Below are positions 14,999 through 27,349 of a stretch of DNA of 64,000 bases, piece after piece. The stretch spans positions 248,001-312,000 of the forward strand of contig OX597818.1 of assembly GCA_951406725.2 (NCBI GenBank). The letters run 5' to 3'. The stretch is from Octopus vulgaris (taxonomy: Eukaryota). Numbering within the stretch: position 1 is the stretch's first letter; every line of letters begins with the position of its first letter. Below the pieces are notes generated by a model. The model ran no database searches, was not told the origin of the DNA, and saw nothing but the letters and a program-made list of their open reading frames with translations. The translations under genes were made by a program, and so were the position numbers.

Positions 14999-15499
14999 AA
15001 TTATCATAATAATAGTAATAATAAAATTTTATTGTCAAAAAGACAATGGATAACAGACTACAGAGGGACTGGTTTCAAAAAATAAGGTGGGGTAAGATTA
15101 ACATAAAAATTAAATGAGTGAGAAAATTGAGAAGATGGTACACAAAGCACAGAGATGCAGGGTCACTACATAAAAATCATTACTCAAGGTCTCCCATAGA
15201 GATGGTCCTGAACATCTAGAGTAAATGTCTTCACAACTATCATTCCTAAATCAAAAAGCCCACACATGACAATAGGCCCAGTCATCTGGGCTGCCATGTT
15301 CATTATCATCCCCTACCTTAGAACAGAAGGCTCTCCTGTAAATTTGCTCAAAGTGGAAAGGTTTAGTTGAAGAGGAAAATGTTTGTCTTTAAATCTTTCC
15401 ATTGTGTCCAACACACAAGTTCTTTAAACCAGAGCCAGCAGAAAGACCCTAAATGGAAGGAGGCAGAGTGATATTTACAACTGGATACATAGTACATAC

Positions 15500-15730
15500 A
15501 ATCATGCATGTGTAACCATGTGTCTGTGTATGTATTTGTGTCTTTGTACTTGTCCTCCCCACTGCTGCTTTGTTTATGTCCCCTCTAACATAGTGGCTCG
15601 GCAAAAACAGGCTCGTAGAATAAGTACCAAACTTTAAAATATATAAGTACTGGGGTTGGTTTGTTTGACTAACCTCTTCCAAGTAGTATCCTAGCAAGAC
15701 TGAAGTCCAGTGACTGAAACAAGTGAAAAA
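15500..15730 (+). mobile_element. SINE family B 3' half
   Basis: Matches reverse complement of 27350-27520 (cggcaaaa...gaataagtac...tgactgaaacaagt). Confidence 0.65.
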
Positions 15731-16539
15731 GTGTGTGTGTGTGTGTGTATGTGTGTGTGTGTGTATGTGTGTGCGTGCGTGTGTGTCAAATTAAATACAC
15801 AGCCGAAAGAGCTACAAATAGTTTCATGCTCTCATGATCCTTGAACAGGCATATTTATAAAATCTGCCCTGTATCTTAAAGCAGTCGTTAGATATATGTA
15901 CACACACTTACACAAACATACTTATACAAACATATAGATGGATACACATACACACTTCAACACAAGCACACTCACACATATATCATCAACACTGTTGTTT
16001 TAACTTCTACTTACCCATGCTTGCAGGGGTCAGTCATGACTCTACTGAGGCAGATATTTCTATGCCCAACCCTCACCTTTGATTGCTATTCTGGTGAACT
16101 CCCAAAACCATTCAATGTTTAAAAACTAGTTTTTATACTTTTTTCAAAATCCCTATTTTACTTTTCACTCATTAACTTATGTATGTTGAACTATGTAAAA
16201 CGTTAGAAAATGAAATTTAGCTGTTTCTTGCAAAAAATACATATAAAAGCAAAATTTTTTGACAGACCCTTAAAATACTACTGTGGAATCCCAATTTACT
16301 ATTTTGCTTGAGTGAATCCCACAAAACCTTATATGGACCTCCAGTGGTCATACGGGCCCCAGTTGGGAACCACTGACCAGGACAAATTTTCATTGAGGAC
16401 TTTCAAGAGCCCGGGATCAGCACAGAAAGTCATGGTGGCTGTGTTGGTGATTGCAAGAATGTAAACAATACTGTACACTTAAAAAGTGATATAATGAGAC
16501 ACTCAAAAATCTAAAAGAGGGGAAAGAGACCAAAAAAGA

Positions 16540-16850
16540 ATTTGAAAATGATCTGCATTCACCATTACAATGCGTAACCACACACATCTTTGCAACAAGT
16601 CAGTCAATCAGCAAATTGGGCTGATCACTAGGTCCCCATCCACAGTACAGCCTGGATCTGGTGCCATCTGACTTTCACTTCATCAGTTCAATAAAGGACA
16701 GTCTTCAGGGACAACAATTTGATGACACAAAGTAAAAGTGATTGTAAAGTGGGTACAACAGTGCACGCCTACATCTTTTAAAGGGAATTTGTGAGATAGA
16801 TTTAACAATGGTGTAAATGCATCACTGATGATAGAGACTATATTCAATAG
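16540..16850 (+). pseudogene. Degenerate mariner transposase C-terminus
   Basis: PHPQYSLDLVPSDFHF (YSPDLAPSD motif) and WCKCITDDRDYIQ*. Confidence 0.65.
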
Positions 16851-17429
16851 TATCTTTATATAGTGGAAGAGTTACTCTACCAACACAGACAGTTTGAATG
16901 ATCCGTATCAATTAATAAAAAAGTTATGCCCACTATTATTTACTTTTGAAATAATCTTCATCCATAAGATGGGCTTTTTCCAGTCAACTCCTGGCTATTA
17001 TAGAGAACATCAATCAACAGCAGTCACACAGTGGGAATGAACCCCAAACCATGGATTTCAGAAGCAATCTTCTTAACCACATAGCCATGCTTACACTATA
17101 AATATATGCAAATACATACAATCACAAATGTGCACTCATGCACACACCCATGTATATATGGTAGATACAAGATGGGTGAGTGGAGCTTGAAGAAGTAGTC
17201 AAATTAGGGAGGGGGGGAAGAAAGAAAGAGAGAACAACATAGTGGGGAAACGAAGCAGAAGTGTAATGGAAAATATACATACACAAAGATGAACAAACAT
17301 ATACATACACGTATGTCGCTGATATTAAACAGAGAAAGTGAACCAGTAAAGTTTACCTGTTACTATAAATAGAAACAGATCAATTATTTATTAACACCTT
17401 CATTAAAGTCAGTTTCAATATATCCTCAC

Positions 17430-17466
17430 CTTCTTCTCTGGTAGAGATTTTGTGGTTTTGACATTT
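17430..17466 (-). CDS. Candidate 37-nt exon with internal ATG (MSKPQNLYQRR, phase-2 end)
   Basis: tgctccttcttctag acceptor and AAG|gtgagg donor; ATG at 17464. Confidence 0.3.
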
Positions 17467-17609
17467 CTAGAAGAAGGAGCAGTATTAATAATTCAAATAA
17501 CTGACTTTGAAAGTGCTACCCCAGTATGACCACAATCCATAGACTAAAACCAGTAAAGATCATAAGAATTACAAAACACATAGAAATAAGGAGGAAAGTG
17601 ATATTAATT

Positions 17610-17800
17610 CTTTTATTCTTTTGTTTTAGTTGCTGCATTAAGGCCATGCTGGGGCACTACCTCGAAAGGCTCAGCCAAATAGATCAACCCCAGTACTTAT
17701 TTTAAGTCTCTAACTTATTTTACTGGTCTTCATTTGTTGAACCTCTAAGTTACAGGGATATAAACAAACCAACACTGGTTAACAAATGGTGGAAGGGAGA
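17610..17800 (-). mobile_element. SINE family B 3' half
   Basis: ggccatgctggggcac...aaccccagtacttat...aaccaacactggtt shared with the 27350 copy. Confidence 0.6.
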
Positions 17801-18307
17801 CTTACATCTTTTCTATACATATTCTAAAAAATGTCACGGTCAAAAGATGTGAGAATGAATATCCATTGTCTAATAAAATTTCACAACAATAATTCCATTT
17901 TATAGACTGGGAATGACTATTTCAACTATCCAGGGTGTGGATGGCTGGAAGCATGAAGGATAGAGTAGTAGAGCAGCTATGCTGGAAACACTGAGCTGCA
18001 GCAATTGAAGTGGTGGTGGGGGCATACTGAGAAAGGAGTTAAAGGAATACACTGGAGGAGGTACGGAAGATTATGATGAGGAGGTGGAAAGCATGAGGGA
18101 AGGACAGAAAGATGGGAGACGTTATAAAGCCCAACTGACTTTGCTTGATAGTTTAAATTAATCTTAAATATATATATATGAATATATATATATATATGTG
18201 AATATAGATGTATATATATATATATATATAATAACTTAGAAAGTTATATATAGAGAGATAGATAGATATATATATATATGAATATATATGTGAATATAGA
18301 TATATAT

Positions 18308-18348
<41 letters not shown>

Positions 18349-18384
18349 TAGATAGATATATGAATATATATGTGAATATAGATA

Positions 18385-18438
<54 letters not shown>

Positions 18439-18582
18439 TATATATATGAATATATATGTGAACACACAAGTGCAAACAAGGGAGACAGAGAAAGGCAGAA
18501 TGCCACTTATATTTGAACACTATACAAATATTCCTTTAAAAAAACTTTTCTTTTAATTTTTCTAAATTTAATTATTTAATCG

Positions 18583-18626
18583 TTACAGTTGAAAAGGTCT
18601 CAAAATGACCGAAACCGGTACTGAAA
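18583..18626 (+). ncRNA. Minimal hammerhead ribozyme, U3:A8 variant
   Basis: ttacag-TTGAAAA-ggtc(tcaaaat)gacc-GAAA-ccgg-TA-ctgaaa; in a short Penelope-like fragment between (TA)n tracts. Confidence 0.7.
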
Positions 18627-18669
18627 TGTTCACTATAAAATTATTTTAGCATTTTCTATTTTGACTTGT

Positions 18670-18726
<57 letters not shown>

Positions 18727-18772
18727 TATATATATATATATGTGTGAATATAAATATATATATATATATATT

Positions 18773-19621
18773 CTGTACGTGAGAAGACCAGGCAGGACAA
18801 GTGAGCCCAGCCCACTTATGAATGCCTTTCCTCCCTTGGACACAAAGACCGGTTGAGGCAAGCGAAGTCGATATAGAACCTCATCCGACGACAGACACCC
18901 ATGCCAACCCCCCATGCTTGCGAAGACATGTTGGGGCAAGCGAAATCGAAATCGAAACCGAATTGAACCAGCCAGGATCCCTGGCCTGGTGGTACGTAAA
19001 AAGCACTATCCGACTCGTGGCCGTGGCACGTAAAATACTCCAATGCGACCGTACGACAGGCACCCATGCCAACCCCCTTTGCTTGTGAAGACATGTTGGG
19101 GCAAGCGAAATCGAAATCGAATTGAACCAGCCAGGATCCCTGGTCTGATGGTACGTAAAAAGCACTATCCGACTCGTGGCCGTGGCACGTAAAATACTCC
19201 AATGCGACCGTACGACAGGCACCCTTGCCAACCCCCTTTGCTTGTGAAGACATGTTGGGGAAATCGAAATCGAATTGAACCAGCCAGGATCCCTGGTCTG
19301 GTGGTACGTAAAAAGCACTATCCGACTCGTGGCCGATGCCAGCACCGCCTCGACTGGCTTCCGTGCCGGTGGCACATAAAATACACCAATCTGACCGTGG
19401 CCGTTGCCAGCCCCGCCTGGCACCTGTGCAGGTGGCACGTAAAAAGCACCCACTACACTCACGGAGTGGTTGGCGTTAGGAAGGGCATCCAGCTGTAGAA
19501 ACATTGCCAAATTTAGACTGGAGCCTGGTGCAGCCTTCTGGCTTCCCAGAACCCCGGTCGAACCGTCCAACCCATGCTAGCATGGAGAACGGACGTTAAA
19601 CGACGATGATGATGATGATGA
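18773..19621 (+). mobile_element. RTE-family 3' UTR fragment or non-autonomous element with internal ~160-bp triplication and (GAT)n tail
   Basis: 3' end nearly identical to the tail of the LINE at 31225-32630; CpG-rich, so probably young. Confidence 0.8.
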
Positions 19622-19678
19622 TATATATGTATGAATATATACTGAACAAGTAGAAAGATAAATTTCTTTTTAAAAAGG

Positions 19679-19735
19679 AAATACTGAACAGTATATATAA
19701 AGGATAAAATCCTTTATATATACTGTTCAGTATTT
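19679..19735. repeat. Perfect 27-bp inverted repeat, 3-nt loop
   Basis: aaatactgaacagtatatataaaggat-aaa-atcctttatatatactgttcagtattt. Confidence 0.95.
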
Positions 19736-19822
19736 ACGTGTTGCAAAACAAAATTATCTTTCTACTTCTTCTACAATACATTTCAAAGCTTAAAAAACAA
19801 ACTTATGTTTGTTTACATATGA

Positions 19823-19859
<37 letters not shown>

Positions 19860-19861
<2 letters not shown>

Positions 19862-20371
19862 CATCATCATCATCATCATTGTTTAACATCTGCTTTCCAT
19901 GCTGGCATGTGTTGGACAGTTTGACAGAGGACTGGAGAGCCAGATGGCTGCACCAGGCTCCAATTTGATCTGGCAGAGTTTCTATAGCTGGATGCTTTTC
20001 CTAACACCAACCACTCCGAGAGTGAAGTGGGTGCTTTTACGTGCCACCGGCATGAGGGCCAGTCAGGTGGTACTGGCAATGGCCATGCTCAAATGGTGTT
20101 TTTTATGCACCACCTGCACAGGAGCCAGTTCAGTGGCAATAGCAATGACCTTGCATGAACGTTGTGTTACACATGCCACCACCAGCACAAGTGCCAGTAA
20201 GGCGATGCTGGTAATGATCATGCTCAAATGGTGCTTTTTATGTGCCACTGTCACAAATTCTAGTCGGCGGCCCTGGCAACGATCATACTCAGATGGTGCT
20301 TTTAACGTTCCACTGGCACGGGTGCCAGTCAGGCGGTTCTGTCATCGGCCATGTCAACGAATTTGGTTTTG
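19860..20371 (-). mobile_element. RTE-family 3' UTR copy, inverted relative to 18773-19621
   Basis: (TCA)n then reverse complement of the ggagtggttggcgttaggaagggcatccagct tail. Confidence 0.8.
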
Positions 20372-20407
<36 letters not shown>

Positions 20408-20423
20408 ATATATTATATATATA

Positions 20424-21668
20424 TCAGGTCATCTGATAAGTTCTGTCCGAATTTTGAATAAAGAAAACAAGTGATCAAATGTTATATTTAATTGAAATTT
20501 AATCATCAATGTACTTTCTCTGATTATCTATGACTTCCTTCCATCTATTTACAAGCTTTGTAACCCCATCAATGTCAAACTCTTTTGGTTTCTAAGTGAA
20601 GAACTCTGAAATGTCAGTTTTGACCTCCTCCCGGCTTGCAAAAGTTATGTCCTCCAAATAATTCTGTAAACTATGAAACAAATGGTAGTTTGAAGGAGCA
20701 AGGTCGGGAGAATAAGGTGGATGAGAAATTTTTTCCCAACCAAGCTCTTCAATCTACTGTGATCTTTGTAGTGTGGGGTAACGCATTGTCCTGATGAAAC
20801 ATCACTCCTTTTCGACTCACTAAAGTGGATCTTTTCTTCTTCAAAACTTGGTTCAAATGCTCTAATTGTTGACAGTAGACTTGAGCATTGATTGCTGCAT
20901 GAGGTGGTAACAACTAAAAATGAATTAATCCCACCAGATAGAAAGAAGAACCCTTCTTCCATGAAGTTCCCTTCTCGGTTGTGGTTGAGCTTTTTCCCTT
21001 TTACCATGCCACTGTTTACGACATTTAACATTTTGATAGAAAATCCATTGTCCGCCACCAGTCACAAGTCTATCCCAAAAGGGTGAAATGAGTTTGCGAG
21101 AATGGGGAGAAGAGGTCAACTCGGGTTTGTGGTTGCTTTCGGACAATTCATGAGGCACCCATTTTTCAAGTTGTTCAAGATGACGATGAACAGTTGTATG
21201 GTTTGAACTAAGCTTTATTGCCAATTCTCTGATAATGCAGGATTTTCTTCAAGTAATGCCTCAAGGAGCTTATCATCAAACTCAATTGGATGTCCTGTTT
21301 GATCTTTATCTTCAAGGCTGAAATCTCCACTTCTGAATTTTGCAAACCATCTTCTGCAAGTTCTTTCATTCAAGCATTCTTTCCCATAAACTGAGTGTAT
21401 GTTTCGACTCGCTTTGGCTGCTGAGTTTACTTTTTTGTACTCATAAAGCATTATGTGTCTTAAATGCTCTTTGGGTACTTCCATGCTAGAAAGGGTTTTA
21501 ATCAAAGAAATTTAAATTCTATTATTCTGTAAAATAATATTTAATTAATTTAAATCTACACAAATGCATAAAAATAATTTTTAATTCCATTAGACATTTT
21601 AAAATACTATTATATTTCATTCAATTTTAAAAAAGGTAAAATCGGACAGAACTTAAGGGATGACCTGA
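20424..21668 (-). mobile_element. Near full-length mariner (Hsmar1/SETMAR-like) with frameshifted transposase
   Basis: TIRs tcaggtcatctgataagttctgtccga / tcggacagaacttaagggatgacctga, TA flanks; HTH with RRWFAKFRSGDFSLED, WVPHEL and HPPYSPDLAPSNYHLF motifs. Confidence 0.95.
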
Positions 21669-21688
21669 TATATAAATATATTATATAT

Positions 21689-22441
21689 ACTAGCAGTATA
21701 GTCTGGCTTTGACCGGGATTAAGTTAGGATTATTAAGCCAATCAAGTTCTTTATTTCAAATCAAACTAAGTCAAATTTGAGCGAAATCCATAGAAATTGG
21801 TAAACTTTTGGCTGAAAATAAGTTGCAGACAACTTGACTGGGAAATCCCATAAGGAATTAGTTTGGCGATTTTTTCCACTCATCAATTTTTTGTTTTTTG
21901 TTTTTGGAGAACTTAAAGCATTCAAAGATCCCGTGAATCCTAAGTAATGCTGGCATCAAGTTTCAAGAAAATACATCAAATTTGGTAAAAGTTATGGTTG
22001 AAAATGGGGTGTGGCCAATTTTATTGGGAAATCCTATAAGGAATTGGTTTATCCATTTTTTTTTTATCCTGATTAAATGGTAAACCCTATAAGAATCAGT
22101 GTATTGATTTTTCACCCCAAATAGGACTTAACTGAGCACAACATTGCTGATTCAAACACATCTATATTTATACATTAAAGTTGATTTTCACACCCAACCC
22201 AGTTCTGCAGAATCAGTGCCATGACATCCACTGACAAAAATCAGCACGGATTTTTGTCAGTGAACAGGTCGCGGATTTTAGTGATGAAAATATTTTGACA
22301 AATTAAACTTAAATGTTGAAGTGAAACGAACGCCTTTTGTGTGTTTCTTAAATGGCTTACAAAACACCTTCCACGCTGCAATTGTTTTCGTTTCAGCACA
22401 CGATCTCAGATCAAATCACTTGCTATGCGAGTACATCTCCG
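21689..22441 (-). mobile_element. Non-autonomous Helitron-like segment
   Basis: ACTAG terminus followed by GC hairpin-like tctggctttgaccggg; internal subrepeats; close to a helicase remnant. Confidence 0.45.
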
Positions 22442-22444
22442 TAA

Positions 22445-22481
<37 letters not shown>

Positions 22482-22693
22482 TTCATCCCAGTAAACAACC
22501 GCAACATCTTATTCTGGCAGCACGCTGTTGGGAGGAGGATGGTGACACATACTTTCACTCACCCTTTGAATTTGGTGGTACTGGTAATGGCTTACGCTCG
22601 CTCTGATACCATGAGTTGAGGTGATGCCTTCTAGTGCCTCCAAATTTAATACACAATTATTAATGATTGAGACGCAATTATTTATAATTGAAG

Positions 22694-22792
22694 AGTCCTA
22701 CGCTGAGGAGAAAAATAGTCGGGTAAGACATAATTATTTAATTTTTATGCTTTCCTATGACTTAATTTCGAAACGTACGTCCGTAGGTGACT
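22694..22792 (+). ncRNA. Type I hammerhead ribozyme, canonical core
   Basis: cctacg-CTGAGGA-gaaa..long stem II..tttc-GAAA-cgtacg-TC-cgtagg: perfect 6-bp stem I, palindromic stem III ACGTACGT, GUC cleavage site after 22781. Confidence 0.85.
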
Positions 22793-22969
22793 TAATATAC
22801 AATGATTGTCGTCATTTCTTTCTCTTTTGCCTGCGTTGTTTGCCTTTTAAGTGCTTTGGTTTTACTGGGATCTCCCTTTTAAGTAGAAAGAATAGCCATA
22901 ACTCTTTGACTGCTATTTCTAAATTCGGTGTGTGGTGAGGCAAATCGTTGCTAAACCCTTAATTACTTA

Positions 22970-23066
<97 letters not shown>

Positions 23067-23106
23067 TATACATATATACATATATATATATATTATATAT
23101 ATATAT

Positions 23107-23138
<32 letters not shown>

Positions 23139-23160
23139 ATATACATATATATAAATATAC

Positions 23161-23207
<47 letters not shown>

Positions 23208-23384
23208 TATATTATATATATATATATACATATATATATAAATATACATATATATATTATATATATATATATATACATATATATATAAATATACATATAT
23301 ATATATTATATATATATATACATATATATATATTATATATTTAGTGAAGGAAGAAATGGAGCTGAACGAAGATTCTACAAAATT

Positions 23385-23850
23385 CCTTTTTATTATTTGT
23401 AGACTTTTCTAAAGCGTTCGATTCTGTAGATAGATACAAGATGTTTGAAATCCTTAAGCTCTATGGGATACCAGACAAAATCATTTCTGCCATCAAGGTC
23501 CTCTACACAGATACGTCTTCAACCATCTTAACCCCTGATGGAGAAACATCATCTTTCTCAATCAAAGCCGGAATACTGCAGGGAGACACACTCACCCCAT
23601 TTCTTTTCATCATTGTTGTTGATTATGTGCTACGTATGTCAGTTGATACCATCTCTGGCAAGGGCTTTGAAATAAAACCAAGAAGTTCCAGACACCCAGC
23701 TGAGTACTTGACAGACACTGACTTTGCTGACGACATCGCTCTTATCAATGATTCTCTCTCCAATGCCCAGTCTCTTTTACAATCTCTTGAACAAGCCTCA
23801 AATTGTGTAGGTCTTTACCTCAATGAGGCCAAAACTGAATATATAGACAA
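23385..23850 (+). mobile_element. Non-LTR (RTE-like) reverse transcriptase fragment
   Basis: DFSKAFDSV, GILQGDTLTPFLF, FADDIAL and GLYLNEAKTEY motifs. Confidence 0.9.
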
Positions 23851-24218
23851 TGATATGTATGACCCAAGAAATACCATTGCAAGATAGCGATTAAATGCTT
23901 TTGATTCTTCAATAAGTCTGCGTAGTATACTAACACAGGTGCCTCCCTAACTTCCATAAAAATTGATATTTTTTAATGAAATTTTCAACAAATACATTTC
24001 AGATGGTGTGGATTCCAATTATATTGGTATTTGTCGTGAAAAGCATTTCCGTGGCTGCTGAGAAAAGTTTTGAAAATTTTACACACACACACACGTGTGT
24101 GTGTATATATATATATATACACACACATGTGTAATATATATATATTTATAGTGTTTGAGGGGTTGTGCGAGACAGAAAGTGTGGTGTGTATGTGATGGAG
24201 AGAGAGAGAGAGGGAGAT

Positions 24219-24770
24219 AGCTGAAATTCAGTTTCCTCTGAATTTTTGTCAATGTTGCAAGTAGGAACCTCGACCCTCACCAAATGTAAAGGCAGCTTGA
24301 ATGCCGAGTGCACCGTCCTACCTCCAGGCAATAACGTAGCAGCGATTCCTGAAGAAGCAATGGCTAGCGCAATTTGTTTCTTGCAATGAATCTTAGCAAG
24401 TATTAATTGTGTTACAAAGGACTTGCTGGCACCTCTAGCAGCATCGAGGAAAAAAATGCCACCTGCTTGTTTTTCAACAGCACTGACGACAGTTTTGTAC
24501 ACCAGCCTCTGATCAGGGAGCAATTTTGGTTCATTTATTCTCAGGTACTCTGCAAGGCCATCAGCGTCATACAACAACTGCAGAAGTAACTTTGGTGGGA
24601 GTGTGTTAACATCCTGTCATAATGAGGATGGCAAACCAAATGTGTTCAACACTGCCCCACCCATTTTGAGCAGGGTATCCTTGATTTCAATCAGTGCATT
24701 ATTGTAGGTCAGGGCATTGTATCCAATGTCGGAATAAGGGCACTGTTCCTTTGCCAGTCACCATTTGCCT
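24219..24770 (-). mobile_element. Helitron PIF1-like helicase fragment
   Basis: FFLDAARGASKSF (decayed Walker A) and ASSGIAATLLPGGRTVHSAFKLP. Confidence 0.9.
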
Positions 24771-25169
24771 TGACCACCAAGAAAGCAAAATTATGTACAG
24801 AGAATTTCATAAACAGAAATGAATGGAAAAAAGGTTTTAGATTAAATTTTTAGATTAACACTTGAATGATTTTCACTAAGAAAAAAAAATTGGATTTTTT
24901 GCGTGGAATCACTTACCCTGGCCTCCTAATATGCTACAAAACCCTTTTTGTGGTCCGAAAAATAGAGTGGGGTGTGGTGGAAACTTCTGAAATTTCACCC
25001 CCATACCCATTGATCTTTTCACCATCTATTTTTCAATGTACATGGAAAAATACGGAGATTAAGAATATGGAAAACATTTGTTTTTAATCTCAATTTACCA
25101 TGGAAAACTCCAGGCAAATTTTTAGATAACACTCGCATTATTTTCACTAAGAAAAAATGTTGCCTCAAG

Positions 25170-25860
25170 TGAAGTGATATTGCACTGTTTCCTCTGCAGC
25201 TCTTTGATTTTCAATGGAGGTTTTCATGTCGGTCTGCAGATGAAGTTTTTCCAACTCCAGCCTTTTCATTGTTGTGAATGTGGATTTTGTATGTGGGAGT
25301 ATTTTAATTGGTTTGATTATTTTATTGAGTCTTTTGATGCACCTGATGAGTGTTTTTTTCTTTTTAGGGAGCCGGTTTCTGTTTGTGTTAGTGGATTTCG
25401 TAGGAGCGTGTTTTGAGCATGTATAGGTGACAATGTTCTCAAAGTGTTGCCATGTGGTCTCAATGAGTGGAACTGAGAGTGAAAGGCCAGTTGATAAAGG
25501 ACAGATCCTTTCTGATTGCTCCCCAGTCTGCTTTGTGGAAGTTTATGTTGTCAAATGAATGCCGTGGAGTGGGATTGGCTGGTTTGATTTTGATATGCCA
25601 GAGTATCATGTTGTGGTCTGAGAGGAGAGTTTTTTCAACTGAAATACTGTGAATGGAGCTAGAGTGGTTGGTTGATATCAGATCCAAGATCGTTTTATTC
25701 TGTCTTGTTGGTTTGAGCACTAGCTAAGCTAGGAACAATTTATCCATTAGATTAAAGAGTAATTCTGCTGCTACTTTATCTGATGTAGAGTCTCTTTCAT
25801 GGTAATGCATGCTGAGGAAGCTGAGGCTATTTTTGCCAGTACAGAAAACGGTCCATGTGA
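25170..25860 (-). mobile_element. CR1-like LINE fragment (APE endonuclease end and linker)
   Basis: PTRQNKTILDLISTN...LSDHNMI...NFHKADW. Confidence 0.85.
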
Positions 25861-26014
25861 GTCCAACTATTTAAATGTACATTGGGAGATTGTCTTAGCC
25901 TGTTTGCCTTTGGACAGTTGACTTCTGTAGTTATTATCAGTGTTTTTTGGTGGTTTAAATAAGAGTTTTGATTGTTATTTCCAGCAGGTAGACATACTTA
26001 GTATGTCCTTACTC

Positions 26015-26942
26015 TTGAAGTGGTTGGCATTAGGAAGGGCATCCAGCTGTAGAAACCTTGCCAAATCAAACTGGAGTTAGTGCAGTCCCTCAGCTTGCCA
26101 GCTCTGGTCAAACCATCCAAACCATGCCAAAATGGACAACAGACATTAAATGATGATGATGATGTATGAACACACACACATATTGTAAGGTCATAAATAT
26201 ATTACAATTTCAGCATAGAAGGCCAACTAATTTTAGTTTCAAACCCAGGTGACAAGCCAAATTATTTTCAGGCAACACGGGATGTCTATTTTGGAGCAAT
26301 CAGGTGACAGTTGTTTCTCTGAAGATAACCTGGGCTGTCACTTGAATTTGAAACTAATTTGAAACTGGAATTATCTATAACATTTATGAACCTTTAATAA
26401 AATCCAATCTTATACTCTCAATATATAAAAGTCCTTTTTATTTTTCACTTTATCAGGATCAGTACACAAACATAAACACTAACACAAACATATAAATTCA
26501 AACATAGACCCATGGAAAGGGTAGACCCAGGAACATGGGACGAAGTGATGAGAAAGGCTCTTCAGATGCTGGGCCTCACTCAAGAAATGAGAAGGGATCG
26601 GGAGATGTGGTAATGTGCTGTACTTGATAAGACATGTAAAGCTAAGTAAAGTCACAGTCTTCCACACATACAGGCATGTTCTTTCAGGTGCTAGTGCCAC
26701 ATAAAAAGCACTCATGCCAGTGTAGTGTTAATGCACTTATGCCAGTGCTGTGTAGACACATGCATGCTGGAATAAGGTGAAAAGCACTCAGCCGACCCTA
26801 TTAAGTGGTTGGCATTAGAAAGGACATCCAACCATAGAAACTATGCCACAACAGACAGTTGGAGTCTGGACAGCTCCCTGCTATCCAGCTCCATGTCACA
26901 ACCCATGCCAGCATGAAAAGTGGATGTTAGACGATGATGATG
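26015..26942 (+). mobile_element. Two RTE-family 3' tails (26015-26163, 26510-26942) flanking a decayed HHR-bearing fragment
   Basis: gtggttggcattaggaagggcatcc...(GAT)n occurs twice. Confidence 0.65.
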
Positions 26943-27349
26943 AAACATACACTCATACATATTATCATCACTGTCATTATTATCTAATGTGTACTTTTCA
27001 AAAACTTTATGGAGAGGAAAAAACTTGCTGGGGTGAATTTTTTGGGGGTCAAAAACTTTTCCTGTACATATATACATATTTCATTCCATATATCTCAACT
27101 TGAAATTTTGGTACTTAATCATTTCTAAATGAACATAAAGGAACAAAATTGTCAAGAAAATGCTGCACTCTACAGGCTGTAGTGTACCTGAACACTGTAT
27201 ACAATAAGCTCATTCTTATTATATCATAAGTTGGCAACCTGGCAGAATTGTTATTGCACTGAACAAAATTCTTAGCAGCATTTCTTCTGGCCTTTTACAT
27301 TCTGTGTTCAAATGCCACTGAGATTGATTTTGTATATCATCCATTCAGG

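Noticed and set aside
18881-19570. 229-aa minus-strand ORF
   Set aside because: Antisense reading of a tandemly repeated TE 3' UTR
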